A DNA stretch of 64,000 bases from Octopus vulgaris (GCA_951406725.2 OX597814.1:172918001-172982000); one strand, 5' to 3'. Shown: positions 29,636 through 45,409, counted from the stretch's first letter. Notes: generated by a model from the sequence alone, not told the origin. A program made the numbers and translations.

Positions 29636-30148
29636 GGCTGTAGATACATTCATAAACAGATTGATTGACTCAATGAGGGAGGATTGACTGATTGGTCGCT
29701 TTAGAGAAAGAGAAATTAAAAAGACAAAATATGACGTAGGTTGTAATAGGAAAAATAAGCATGAAAGGGAACGTAAAAATAAAACATAGAAAGAAAGAAA
29801 GACAAGAGAGCGGAATGAGAGATGAAAAGAACTATCCAGTGAGAGATAGAGAGAGAGAGAGAGGGGGGGAAAGGTGGAGAAGGAAAGAATGCGGAAGAAG
29901 AAAATAGAATAAAAATGAAAAAGCAAAATGGTGCGTTTAAAATATTGTTTATTGAAGCATATTAAATGACTTTGGAATATATGTCATTTAAGTGGTTTAA
30001 ATGTTTCATTACAATTATTAAGCAACCAATCGGTTCATCTGATGTTCTGGCTTACTACATATACTCTATAGATAATACATATATGCATAAACATAGACTT
30101 GCTCTTACATACTTATACATACATAAATACACACACACACACGCACAC

Positions 30149-30200
<52 letters not shown>

Positions 30201-30205
30201 CACTA

Positions 30206-30237
<32 letters not shown>

Positions 30238-31403
30238 CTTTACCTATACACTATACATTTATACCATACATTTACATATACAATGGATGGTGTAAACTGA
30301 TATAAAAATTTTAATATAGATAGAAAAATGGTAATATGTAGGAGAGAGTATTATATTTTATTTAAATGCTTTTCCTGTTTGTTTTCTTTAACTTTTGGGT
30401 GGGCAATCTCGGTATGGCATATATAGCGGCCATCTTTATTTTTATTTGCTTTCTTTCGTCAACAGAAGAATTTTTATTTTGATATTTGAATTGATTTCAA
30501 ACAGTTTGTCTTTTGCTTCCCAATGCCTTATATGTTTTCTCTTTCTCATAGTATTTTCGCTGACACTTGACCTGCCAGAAACAATATATATAGATGTATA
30601 TATATGTATATTTGTATATGTGTGTATGTATATGTATTTTTATATATACAACCATCAACTAAAGAAGGCTTTGCTCAAGCAAAAAATATTCTTAAATATA
30701 AAGAGATTGATGCTTATGATTAGATTGTCTTCGATCAGAAGTCTGATTTATCAGGGTTTATAGAATGCCTAAAAGTGGTCTTTTGACTTGCTAGAAGTAG
30801 CAGAGAAACTTTCTTTAAATCATATTCTTTCGTCCTCACAAATGCATCGCTGACTAAAGCGAACTATGTAGTGAAATACATTATTCCTGAAGGAAAAAAG
30901 TGGAATGGTCATTGTTGGAATGCTTTTGATCTTGTAGCTGACTACATAAAGATCATCAAAGACGATATATTGTTACTTAAGCCATATACACTGCACTAAG
31001 TGTTGCAACAGTATTAGTGGAATGAGAAAGTGGGAGAGACAGAAATAATAAATGGGATTTTGTTTTTAGTTCGAGACAGTGGAGTTATTACCCTTGCATA
31101 GATTTGAGGTGGTGTAGTTGTTTAGGTCTATCTAAACTGTAAGAGAAAACGAACGGGAAAATATTTTGTCTCAAAAAACGAAGGAGCAGATACAGTTTAA
31201 ACCAATTAAAAAAAAACATTACATATGTACGAATGAATTATCTAAGAACAATGAATAGATTAACTGAAATAGTAAATAATTAATGGCTGATTCATATCCA
31301 TATATAAGCATAAATGTACACACTCCGACATACATACGTACATACATAAGAATATATATATATATATATATATAGGGAAGTGAAAAATATTATATAGGGA
31401 AAT

Positions 31404-31448
<45 letters not shown>

Positions 31449-31592
31449 TTGAAAATATATATAGGGAAATGAATATATATATATATATCAAAATAAGCAA
31501 CAAGGATATCCAGAGGTAATGCAGTACGATCGTTTCATGCGACTCCATTTAATTGAACAATGCAAATATTACATCAATTTAAAATGTAGAGC

Positions 31593-31638
<46 letters not shown>

Positions 31639-32052
31639 ATAGAATTTTAGAAAATAGCGAAAGAGGTGGTTTAAATGTTTATATTATAACATCTCAAATA
31701 GTAAACGATTGTATTATAGGGCTGATGCGCCAGATCTTCAGAAGAATATTGTAATTCATTTCAGTGCTACGTATCAACAGAGGTTGGATGACTGTTCAAA
31801 GCCGCAATTGTTTAACTGCCAAGACTCAACGTTTACCACTCGATTGAAATTTGTACGTACAATGACTTACATGGAGTGCTAAATATTTGGTTAACTATCT
31901 CAACTATCTCCCGTGGTGTAGCACTACTAATCTACACACGCACATACACACACATAGTTTGAGTGTTTATAATTACTTGAATTCATATAGCATTCTCTTT
32001 TGAGTTTCCGATGTGTTCCTGCATACATGTGAGTGAATGTGTGTGTGTACGT

Positions 32053-32102
<50 letters not shown>

Positions 32103-32428
32103 AACTCTAAATAGTGTAGGTCAAAACAATATAAATGTCGTGCATTTTCATGAGCAGAGAAAAGAAAACAAGATCATAAATACGCAGTTAAGTAATTTAC
32201 ACAAATGAGAATAATTAGAACGAAATTAAAATTATTATATTTCGTAAGGTAAATCAGTAAACTGTTCTAAACACATCCACAGCCTCTTTCTTAATCTCAC
32301 TCTAAGTGTGTGCGTGTGTAAGCGTGCTTATACGTGCATATATGTGTATGTGTGTATACATATAGTATATATACACCCACGCACAGATACATATGCACAG
32401 ATATACCGGGGAAGAAAGAGAGAGGAGT

Positions 32429-32465
<37 letters not shown>

Positions 32466-32551
32466 GCAGATATATGTATGTATATTTGTATTAGCATGGA
32501 TGCGTGTACATTTGAGTGTGTATGTGTGTGTATGTGTATATTCATATATAC

Positions 32552-32618
<67 letters not shown>

Positions 32619-33528
32619 TACATATATATGTATATGGAAGAGAAAGAGAGGGAGAGAGAGAGAAAGAGAGAGTGGGAGAGAGAGAAGGTAATCTCGTTTT
32701 CAAAAGAAAAAATTATCTGTAATCATGTTATATATTATATACAAGTGCTTAATAGCCTATCCTATTCGCGTCGGTGAACATTTTATTCGATTAATCATTC
32801 TTGATAACCAAAAATTTGAAGCATTCTTTAATTACCTTACTGTAGAGGTCACTGCAGAGGTTACCACCGAGGTCAGCACAAGATAATTGCAGCCAGGCAA
32901 TAATGAAATACCAAAAACCACACGGCGAACAATGTGCAACTTTCTTCACTTTAAATAATACTACATTACACGGGTGGCTGCAGTGTGATTCGAACTACAC
33001 ATGCGAATTAATTGCATGTTCTGTAAAATGTTAACCTGCATTGTTATAGCTGTCGTTGCCCTTGTCACTATCGTCATGATTTTCTTATCGTTTTTTTTTT
33101 CTCTCTCTCTCTCTTCTGGCCGTCTTTGGCGCGTCCTACTTCGTAGCTAAACTATTAATCCTGAAATGGTTCTATTGATCTTTTTTATATATATATAATT
33201 ATAATGCTTTTATATTCATATTTATTGCACAGAAATACTAGGGCAGTCTAAATATTTTTCAGCGGTAGCTAACCCACCCTTGGCCACAACTTGACAGCTA
33301 TGATGCAGACGAATCTTTTCTTTGTTCGCCTTGATAACGATTATTTGTCGCACGTAAATTTGCTTAGATCATAAAAATTATTTTAAAATAGTTTTAAAGC
33401 TTAGGAGCAACTTCTCTCTTTATTTTCATCGTAGTAGCCTCACTATCAATGACAATCCAAATCTAAATGGTCTACTATGATCAAAGACGTTCCAATCATG
33501 ACCATCTTTTGTTTTTGAGACATTAGAT

Positions 33529-33848
33529 CAGTGGTTCACAACTTCTTTTTTTTTTTTTACCTATGGACACCTTCGGTTAATATTTTACTCTGAGATACCA
33601 CCATCGCCACTCAAAGTTTAAAAATTTGTTTCATTGATACTTCTTTTAAAATTCCTATTTTGTTTTCCAGACATTTACTTGTGTAGTTTGAACTTATTAA
33701 AACATTAAAGAAAGAAATCATGTTAATTCTTACATCTAAAGCAAAACATTTTTCATGGACACTTAAACTATTACCGCGGGTCTCCAATTTACTATTTTGA
33801 TTCTGTGAACACCTAAAAATTTATATGGACGCCTGTTGAGAACCACTG
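33529..33848. mobile_element. hAT (Charlie-like) MITE
   Basis: TIRs CAGTGGTTCACAAC / GTTGAGAACCACTG. 8-bp TSD CATTAGAT (33521-33528) / CATTAGCT (33849-33856). Confidence 0.88.
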
Positions 33849-34249
33849 CATTAGCTGCATTTTATTAAATGACATTCCCATTTTTAAGGAAGTAGTGTAT
33901 GATTTCACTGAGTTTCTGCTACTATTTTTGGCAGACTGAGTGACCACAAAGAATTTTTTTTCATTGACTTGTACTAAGTTGGATACATGATAGCTGAAAG
34001 TATCATCACTAATAAGTGTGTGCCATACCGTTCATTGCTCGTAAAATAAATAGTATATGAAATTTGTCACTTTTTTTTTTACTTATTAAGTTACATAATT
34101 TACTTCTATTCGTGACTATACAGTGAATTTCTGAAAGTTTGAACAGCAGCTCTTCGAAGACGGGATGACGAAACTCGATGCATTTATAAGAAAGTCATAT
34201 TTCTTTTCCGGATGTGCAGCTATAAAAAAAAATTTTTTTTTTTTTCTTT

Positions 34250-34630
34250 CTCTAGTTTCAGCTCAGAGCTGCAGCCATGCTGATGCACAGCCGTTTTGCT
34301 ACACTGTTATTACTGAGGGCCTCCTCTAATATGTGGCACTTGGTGAAGAATGGCGTTTGATGTAGCTACCCTCATTTGCACCTCTTGCCGTGAGGTAGGT
34401 TGTCTGTGTATATGTTTGTGTGTCTGTGTTCGTTCCCCACAACATCGCTTGACAACCAATGCTGGTGTGTTTACGTCTCCGTAACGTAGCGGTTCGGCAA
34501 AAAGAGACCAATAGAAGAAGTACTAAGCTTACAAAGAAGAAGTCCTGGGGTCGATTTGCACGACTAAAGCCGGTGCTCCAGCATGGCCACAGTCAAATGA
34601 CTGAAACAAGTAAAAGAATAAAAGAGTAAA
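34250..34630. mobile_element. CR1-like 3' end (minus) joined to a SINE 3' half (plus)
   Basis: Minus-strand CAGCATGGCTGCAGCTCTGAGCTGAAAC tail at ~34255-34290. 34401-34630 matches the 18983 family on the plus strand. Confidence 0.65.
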
Positions 34631-35108
34631 TATAAACAAAAAAAAATGTTTTGGAAGACGCACAATGTAAAAGCGCACCGTTAATGGAAGTCAGATGAAA
34701 CGCCATTCTAATGTCTAAAACCACAAACATTACATAAATTTTCACTTCGAATCTTTTGTGCAAACTGGTGTAACAAGCAGATTTGGTACAGGAACACTAG
34801 TAACAAATCATCAAAGATATGTTCAGGAATTTCTGTCTTATTATTATTTGGATTATAATTTACTCTTCGCGAAACCCACGCAACTGTGTTACCGTCGTGA
34901 AACCAGTTTTCTACACCTGAAGAATTTCCGCATTGGTCAGGAACCCGACAGTGTTGATAGCCCAGAATTTCAGATTGAGTGCTTCTCCTGAAATAACCTA
35001 CCTTTATATCGGGACCTAAGATTATATGTAAATGCGCGAGCGTTTGTATGTGTATTTATAAGCACCTGCTTATATATATATTGCAGCTGGATAGATAGAT
35101 ATATAGAT

Positions 35109-35444
35109 ATGTTTCTTTATTAGCCACACAGGGCTGCACACAGACGGGACAGATTACAAAGTAGAGCTTTTCTTTTTGGGGAGAAAAAAAGAAACTGGGG
35201 TAGGTTTTCGATCAAAAGGGGTCGTAAAAGGGAAAAGAAAGAGAAAAAACACAAAACGATCAATAGGGATCGTGTATCACAGAAATGTCATGATATAAAT
35301 TGTGAAGGGAGAAGCAGATAAGGTTTATCCGTGAAAAGAAAAGCCTACAGAAAAGGCCACGGTAACCGCGGTCAATAATGTCACATGTTAACACATTTGT
35401 TTGCAAGTAAGTTACCCTCTGTTTTAAATTTTTCAGGGTTCATA
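35109..35444 (-). mobile_element. Tx1 copy 3 (3' UTR to stop codon)
   Basis: Matches the 3' UTR of copies 1 and 4. Short GATA tract on the left, (GATA)n on the right. Confidence 0.9.
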
Positions 35445-35487
35445 GATAGATAGATAGACAGATAGATAGATAGATAGATAGATAGAT

Positions 35488-37192
35488 ATGTTTCTTTATT
35501 AGCCACACCGGGCTGCACACAGATAGAACAAATTACAAGGTAGAGCTTTTCTTTTGAAGGGTTAGAAAAAAAAAAAAAAAAAGGAAGGGGGAGTTTCGAT
35601 CAAAAGGGATCGTAAAAGGAGAGAAAGAGGACAAAAAAAGGGGGGGTTTAAAAAAAAGGGGGGAGGAAAAAAATTGATCAATAGGGATCGTTATCACAGA
35701 AATGTCAATATGAAGTGTAAAGGGGAGGACAGGTGAGGTTTACCCGTGGAAAGAAAAGCCTACGGAAAAGACCACGGTAACCTCGGTCAATGAAGTCACA
35801 TTTTATATTTCTTTTTTTTTTTTTTTTTTTTTTTTTGCAAATAAGCAACTCTCTGTTTTCGATTTCTGGGTTCATAGGACTATGCTCAAGGTGGCTTCGT
35901 CATTCATACGTGCCATTCTTGCTACATTCACCCATCTTTTTTTAAAACATTCGCTAGACAAAACTTGCCTCTCTACTCTCACTTTCCTTTTCAAGTGGTA
36001 CTTGAAGAAGTTGATGAGAGATTGACCAGAGAGGAAAGTGTTTGTCTCCAATCCTTTCAGACGCGTCCACCAGATACATTCCTTCGCCATAGCCACAAGG
36101 ATGATGAAAATAGCTCTTCCTTCCCGTTTGAAGGAAGGAGGCGTGACAATATTGACGATAGACTCAGCTGATAAACCGACTCGTCCCACACGTGACAGCA
36201 GTTGTTCGACATAAGCCCACAGGTCGGAAATTGTTGGACACTGAACGAGTGCGTGCAGAACGGTTTCGTCGCTCTGACCGCATCTCGGGCAGGTCGGCCC
36301 CGTGTTTCTCGAGCCGTGTCTGTAGAGCTTATCCCGAACGGGTAGCGCTTCTCGGTAGCACTGCCAGGCCAGGGATCTCTGGAAGTTGTCCATGGGCCCT
36401 GGCCCGAAAGTCGTCCTGAACAGGCGGGTCAGGTACTCCTCGTCGACGTCCAGGTTCGCCCCGAGCTCGTCGTCGTACCTCCCCTCCACTAAACCCCTAT
36501 AGAATGCTTTGGTTGTGTTGAAGTCACTTAAGGTCGACCCAGGACGGCAGAGTTGCTTGAGAGCAACGCGACACTCGCGGTGCCATTCGCCCTTCCTCGG
36601 CCTCTTTTTGATCCACGACTGCAGTTCGGTCATGGAGACGAGCTGCGGGAAAGCGTGCCTCACAAACGGCGACCACACCTGTTCACCGTCGTCTACATAG
36701 AGCCAGAGATGTCGCAGTCTCAGCGCGTGTCTGCGCATCATCAACCACGGCATGCCCAGCCCTCCTTTTAACGGGTGTTGACAGCAAATGGATCGCCTGA
36801 CCATCGGGACGCATCCTTTCCACAAAAAGCGAAAGAGGATGCGTTGTAGTTTGGTGATGGTAGGGTCGGGACAAGGTACGACGGTCAGGCGGTAGTAGAT
36901 GACGGACGCGATGTACGTGTTCGCCACCTCCGCTCGACCTTTTAGGGACAGTTTCCTCTCGGCCCATTGCCGGGCGAGAGTGACCACCCTACTCGTTATC
37001 TCGTTCCAGTTCTTCTCCACTTGGAGGTCCGGACCAAACCAGACCCCGAGCAACTCAACCGGGCCGTCGGTCCAGCGTCCCACAACGGAGGCGCTAGTGG
37101 ACGGCATGGGCTTGCTTCTCCAGGTGCCTAGTCGCAAGCCCACTGACTTTTCCCGGTTGATTTTCGCTCCTGTCACCGCTTCGTAGTTTTTC

Positions 37193-37193
<1 letters not shown>
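35488..37193 (-). mobile_element. Tx1 copy 4, 5'-truncated, ORF2 C-terminal part uninterrupted
   Basis: Open frame 37193-35872 ([17 protein letters not shown]...[18 protein letters not shown]...ATLSIVL), differing from copy 1 at few residues. (GATA)n on both sides. Confidence 0.93.
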
Positions 37194-37261
<68 letters not shown>

Positions 37262-37290
37262 GGATGGATAGGTAGATAGATAGATAGATT

Positions 37291-37385
<95 letters not shown>

Positions 37386-37386
<1 letters not shown>

Positions 37387-37746
37387 TGTTTCTTTATTAG
37401 CCACACAGGGCTGCACACAGACAGAACAAATTACAAGGTAGAGCTTTTCTTTTGGGGGTAAAAAAAAGGGGGTTGGTTTTCGATCAAAAGGGATCGTAAA
37501 AGGAAAGAAAGAGGACAAAAAAAGGGGAGGATTTAAGAAAAAGGGGGGAGAGGGGAAAAAATAGAAAAGGGGAGAGGAAAAAAAAGTTGATCAATAGGGA
37601 TCGTAATCACAGAAATGTCAATATGAAGTGTAAAGGGGAGGACAGGTGAGGTTTACCCGTGGAAAGAAAAGCCTACGGAAAAGACCACGGTAACCTCGGT
37701 CAATGAAGTCACATGTTATATTTCTTTTTTTTTTGCAAATAAGCAA
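37386..37746 (-). mobile_element. Tx1 copy 5 (3' UTR only)
   Basis: Close match to 35488-35846. (GATA)n on both sides. Confidence 0.9.
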
Positions 37747-37996
<250 letters not shown>

Positions 37997-38559
37997 GTGC
38001 ATGGATAGCTATCTCCCAACCAAAAGATTTTTGTTCGCGTCTCATATTTTTGATTCGAAGTGAATATTGAAATTAATAGCTTTTATAGTAGTGAGACACA
38101 CACCAAACTCGATGTATGAACGTGTGCCTGTTTCTTTAAATGAGAAAGAATGTAAGGGAAAAGAATGCGGGGAAAAAAATTACGATAGATAACACGGAAA
38201 GAAAGAAAGTGTTGCAGAGTTTAGGGGAGGAGAGAGAAATGGAAAATAAAGAGATAAACATCGTCAAGTACAAAAAATATTCTAGATATCTGTCAAAGAT
38301 AAACGAAAGAACGAAGAGCAAACACACGAAACAATATCACTATCTTCAACATCATTATATAATTCACTGAGTGCCAATGTGTGCACGTGTGTATGTATGT
38401 ATGTATGTATGTATGTATGTATGTATGTATGTATGCATGCATGCATGTATGTATGTATGTATGTATGTATGTATGTATGTATGTATGTGTGCAAGCAACT
38501 ATGTGCGTCGTTGCTTGCTAATATATATATATACATATATACATACACGTATATATACG

Positions 38560-38626
<67 letters not shown>

Positions 38627-38724
38627 GAACATATATATGCATACACACACATATATACACTCACAAAATTATATAATGATGATGATTGTAAATATTATTT
38701 GTGTGCTTTGCACCTCGTTTTTCC

Positions 38725-38762
<38 letters not shown>

Positions 38763-39264
38763 GTGTACACAAAAATATACGTATGTACATCTAAGTGTTT
38801 GGAGAGAAAGTGGAAACAGAGAGAAAAGGACATACATCATACAAATATATATATACTCTCATTTAGTAACATATCTACAGATATACTTATATGTGGTGTT
38901 CGAGTGACACATTCGTATGTTTATTATATATTTCTCAATTGATAAATGAAACATTTTTGTTTCCTTTTTGTCCTTCTTTTCATATCTGCTTCCTTGAAAT
39001 ATTGTTTCATTTAACGATATCGGTCTGATTATATTTGTTTATTTCTCTTTATATACAATTGTTCCCCTTTCCCCGCTGCAATATTATCGCTATTAGGGCC
39101 CCTAAAAAAATCTATGTGATAAAAACAACAGATTTGATATATAAAGACTACCCAGAAAACAGCTGATTTTTGTGAGTAATTCTTTGAAAATCTAAGACTT
39201 TATTTATATATATAAGGCATCGTCATCCACTACCACCCAATCTTATCTATTATACATATATATG

Positions 39265-39331
<67 letters not shown>

Positions 39332-39361
39332 GTGTGTGTGTGTGTGTATATATATATGTAT

Positions 39362-39495
39362 GTTTCCGACGAAGAGCTCCTCTCGAAACGTCAAACCCTC
39401 CTTCTTCCCTTCTTTCCTGAGCGTCCAATAATACTTTATTTGTTCTACATCCTTGCGTTGTTGTCTTTTTGTTTTCTTGTTTGGATTAACTTTGT
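39362..39495 (+). mobile_element. PLE terminal fragment starting with a minimal hammerhead-like motif
   Basis: GTTT-CCGACGA-A-GAG-CTCCT-CTC-GAAA-CG-TC-AAAC (39362-39396), with one core change (U4C). Flanked by (TA)/(TG) tracts. Confidence 0.6.
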
Positions 39496-39903
39496 ATATA
39501 TATGTATATATATATGCATGTTTATATATATGTATGTATATGTGTGCGCATATCTACGTGTGTGTGTCAGTGCGTATAATTACTCCCTTCTTTGTCTCAC
39601 GTTCATACTCTTACCCACACTTGCGCTTTACTCCTTCAACGTGCCTTTCGTTTTCTCTGTTCCCCTCTAACTTTCTAATACACTTGCCACATCGTCTCTT
39701 CATAGTCGTTACTACGGAATCAAATCCACATTAACTGAAGCCAAGCAAATCGCTTTCGTCTGTTTCGATTCCTTATTTTTGTTTTTTTTTTTGCATTTTT
39801 ATTTTATGCTTTTATTCTTTTTCTAACGGACTTTCCTATATAATATATAATACATACACAGATGCATACGTGTATCATATGAATATACATACATATATAT
39901 GCA

Positions 39904-39951
<48 letters not shown>

Positions 39952-39985
39952 AATATATATATATATATATATATATATTTGTATG

Positions 39986-40058
<73 letters not shown>

Positions 40059-40061
40059 ATG

Positions 40062-40103
<42 letters not shown>

Positions 40104-40512
40104 TGTGTGTGTGTGTATTATGTACGAATATGTATACATACTTGAATGTTAATCTTCTCTGAAGGAACGTGCAATCTTGAAGTGTATTTAACAATGTCTG
40201 CATTAAATGGATGTTGCTCCACTCTAACTATAAAGTCTAAATGGTAAGAATATACCATATATATAGCAAACATGCCGAAAAGAGAGAAATTCATATTCAT
40301 ATATATAAACTCATATTCATATATATACAGCAATAAAAATTCCATGAGCTCGCTGACAGATTTTCTGCTCTTTAAGGATTTTATCCTATTTATGCTGTTT
40401 ACGCGTTGATAAATATGTCTTTCTACTTGTTCTACAATACGTTTCAGTGCCTCCAGCATGGCCGCGGCCTTCGGGCTAAAACATTTTTAAGGATTTAAGG
40501 ATTTATATGACG

Positions 40513-40550
<38 letters not shown>

Positions 40551-40731
40551 TTTGCTATTTAAGGAACCAGTAAAACCTACATTTTTCAGTTTGAAAACGG
40601 CTACGAGAAGCTTGAAGCTCATATCAGAGTAACTCACTGTAAACATCATTATTAAGGTAGAAATAAAAATTGTCATATCAAAAAAGCCATCTCTACTCAT
40701 TCTTTCAAACACACACATACACACACATATA

Positions 40732-40799
<68 letters not shown>

Positions 40800-40817
40800 G
40801 TATGTATATACATATAC

Positions 40818-41760
<943 letters not shown>

Positions 41761-41769
41761 TTCTTATAT

Positions 41770-41823
<54 letters not shown>

Positions 41824-41943
41824 TACTCGATAGTCAAGATAAAACTCTGAGTAATGTAACATATTATTTTATAGATAAATTTCCTCTATTTACATAATAT
41901 TGAGGTCTCTTTCTTTCTTTTCTTTTGTTATCTTACCGTTCTA

Positions 41944-41990
<47 letters not shown>

Positions 41991-42178
41991 ATGTATGTAT
42001 GTATGTATGTATGTATGTATGTATGTATGTATGTATGTATGTATGTATGTATGTATGTATGTGTGTATGTATGTATGCATGCATGCATGTATGTATATAT
42101 GTATGTATATATTCATGCAAGTATTTATGTCTAAAATGTTTGAAATGGTGTACAAATATTGTATATAATGAGAGAAAA

Positions 42179-42227
<49 letters not shown>

Positions 42228-42328
42228 TGCTTTAGAAAACAACGAACTAGTCAAGAAAGGCATATTGAATTATAATTAAATTTCAATGGGTTCACCACAT
42301 CGATACAATATAATTGAAAAGAAGACGT

Positions 42329-42362
<34 letters not shown>

Positions 42363-42668
42363 CCTGTTCTTTTCTTTCTCGTTCTCTTTCTGTCTTTCTC
42401 TCTTTCTCCTTTCCCCAGAAAACAAAATTTACATCTTCATTTAGCATCAACAACGTGTTAGTTAAAGACCATCCCAAGATACATTTTTCTTGTATCTCTG
42501 CTTTCCTTTCTCACTACCCCTCTCCCCACTTTTTCCTTTTTTCTTTCCCCTCTTCTAAAGAAAACAAAACAACATCCTTCTTTTCGATTTATATATAAGG
42601 CGGAAGACATTTTCTGAACGGACGAAAGCTTTATCCAAAATTCTGATAGCATCCTTCTTCTTAAAATA

Positions 42669-42704
<36 letters not shown>

Positions 42705-42770
42705 TGAATGTATGTATGTATGTATGTATGTATGTATGTATGTATGTATGTATGTATGTATGTATGTATG

Positions 42771-42808
<38 letters not shown>

Positions 42809-42838
42809 TATTAGAGACAAAACCACTATTTTATAATG

Positions 42839-42890
<52 letters not shown>

Positions 42891-43055
42891 CTTTTATTCT
42901 TTAACTTGTTTCAGTTATTTAACTACGGCCATGCTTGAGCACCGCTCTTTAGTCGAACAAATTAACCCTAGGACTTATTCTTTGTTATCCAAGTACTTTT
43001 TCTATCGGTTTGTCTTGTCGAACCGCTACGTTGCGGAGACGTAAACGCAGCAACA

Positions 43056-43284
43056 TCGGCTGTCAAGCGAGTGTAGGGTACAAACAGACACAAATGAATA
43101 TAGTTCTATATTTAAGAGATGAGGAATTATGTACATTATTTACATTATTTACATTTGACAGATATTTGTCCTCATCTTGTTTATTGTTAACACAACGTTT
43201 CGGCTGATATACCCTCCAGCCTTCATCAGGTGTCTTGGGGAAATTTTGAACCTGGGTTCTCTTTCCTAAGGTATTTTTCGATGC

Positions 43285-43357
<73 letters not shown>

Positions 43358-43605
43358 TTTATCATTATTATTATTCACGTCACTTAATAGCTTAGGAATA
43401 AGAACCCGGGTTCAAAATTTCCCCAAGACACATCATGAAAGCTGGAGGGCATATCAACCGAAACATTGTGTTAACAACAAAGAAGATGAGGACAAATATC
43501 TGTCAAATGTAAATAATGTAAATAATGTACATAATTCCTCATCTCTTAAATATAGAACTATATTCATTTGTGTCTGTTTGTACCCCACACTCGCTTGACA
43601 GCCGA
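43056..43605. repeat. Long inverted repeat (~215-bp arms, (ATT)n spacer), PLE-derived
   Basis: 43056-43270 is the near reverse complement of 43391-43605. Confidence 0.92.
43189..43234 (-). ncRNA. Minimal type I hammerhead ribozyme
   Basis: GACAC-CTGATGA-A-GGCTG-(10 nt)-CAGCC-GAAA-CG-TT-GTGTT. Intact core, 5-bp stems I and II, palindromic loopless stem III. Confidence 0.75.
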
Positions 43606-43646
43606 CAAATATCCGTCAATTTTAAATAACGTAAATAATGTACAGA

Positions 43647-43701
<55 letters not shown>

Positions 43702-45071
43702 GACGGGCATTTTCAGTTTCCATCTATCAAATCCTCTCACAGAGCTATGATCAGCCCGAGGCTATAGCAGAAAACACTTGCCTAAGGTGCCACGCAGTGA
43801 GACTAAACCTGGAACCATGTTGTTAGAAAGCAAGCTTCATACCACACAGCCAGGCCATATGTATATGTGTGTGGGGGGGAGGGTATGTGTGTGACGTACG
43901 GCCCTGGCTATACTAGGAACCTCTATTTGATAATGCATGGTTTAAAACAGAATGTCACCTATGTACAGCATTTAAAAGAGGAGGATAAATTATGCATAAT
44001 TAAATGGATGTTCCTCAAACAACTAGGCCCGTACAACAACGGGAGTAAATGATGTATGTTTTGCTTAGCTGAAAGAGCAATAATCTTGAAAAACTCATTT
44101 GTACGGGGACAGTTTCAAACTCCGAAAAACTACCCTCATCAGATGAAATTTATGTTTAAAACATGAGTTTCTCTGCCAACCAGGAAAATGGTACCATCAT
44201 CAGTCACATCCGGCATAACTGAATCCATCTGAGGAGGACATCCTTGCCTCGCACAAAAGTTAGCCAGTGGAGTTTCATTATGGAATTTTTTTTCTACAGA
44301 TTCAACTGACCATGACATTTTCTCCCTTCCAATTCTAGACAGGTTATGTACCTGCGGCCATTTGTGTCTGACAAGTCACCTATACGGCTAAGCGTTTATT
44401 TGTGGGAGACCTATGATCACTCCTTGGCTGACATAACGAGAAACTTCCTAAATATATATCTGTATGTATGTATGTGTGTATGTGTATGTGTGGATATGTT
44501 TGCATACAAAAATGTATTTGGATATGTATGTGCGTGTGGATCTGTGTGTGTAGGTGTGTGTCCGTGTGTGTCTGTGAGTCTGTCTCTGTTGGTGTATCCA
44601 TATACATCTGTGTATCCATATATCTTTGTGTATACGTATACAAATATTTAATATTTTCTCATTTTGAGAAATATATGCAGTAGATGTTATTGAATATCCA
44701 TGCGTGAGTATAAAGGTGCAGCCGTCACTCGGATGCGAGTTTCACTGTATAACTTGCACCACGCTTTTGCTAACAGATTTAACCTACCAATATAGTTGCA
44801 AGTACGTATAAACACAATCTGGATCTTCACAGGCTGACGATGTAGAATATCCCGCTGCACACCCCAGTATTCAAACCCATAATTTTAAGATAATGAGTCT
44901 AAAAATCTAATCACAATCTAGGCATCATCGTATGTGTGTGTCTGTGTGTGCGCTCGTGTGTATATGTAAATATACATACATACATATATATATATAGATA
45001 TATATATATATCTGGAAAAAGGGTATAAATATTTGCATTGGGAACTCCTTTCATCGAAAACCAGTGATTGT

Positions 45072-45116
45072 CGTACGCTGATGACGGGTCAATACCCAGA
45101 AACTGCAGTCCGTGCG
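45072..45116 (+). ncRNA. Minimal type I hammerhead ribozyme
   Basis: CGTACG-CTGATGA-C-GGGT-CAAT-ACCC-A-GAAA-CTGCAG-TC-CGTGCG. Intact core, GUC cleavage triplet, palindromic stem III. Confidence 0.75.
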
Positions 45117-45361
45117 TATCACTTACGTTGACGAGGGAAGGATGACCTCCCTTTGCAAATACCGATAGGGCACAGAAAGTGTGCTTATAGCCAGCTGGAG
45201 GAGATGTTCTCCTGGGGCTACAAGCTACAGTAACACACACCCTTAGTGGTTAGCCATATTGAGATGGCAAATATATCTCACGTTGTCGTGCAGTTACTGT
45301 TTATACCTCGTTCAGAGATTTATTATTGTATATATATATAATTCTATTTACATATATATAG

Positions 45362-45409
<48 letters not shown>

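Larger units (their letters stand above)
42890..43857 (-). mobile_element. SINE (18983 family) interrupted by a PLE-derived palindrome
   Basis: Tail half at 42890-43098 and head half at 43700-43857 are collinear with 18983-19382. Confidence 0.8.

Noticed and set aside
31490-31790. Half hammerhead motifs (GAAACGATCGTA and CTGAAGA) on the minus strand
   Set aside because: Complete cores with paired stems could not be built.
44050-44345. RT-like words (RQGC, TDD) on the minus strand
   Set aside because: Too degenerate to assign with confidence.
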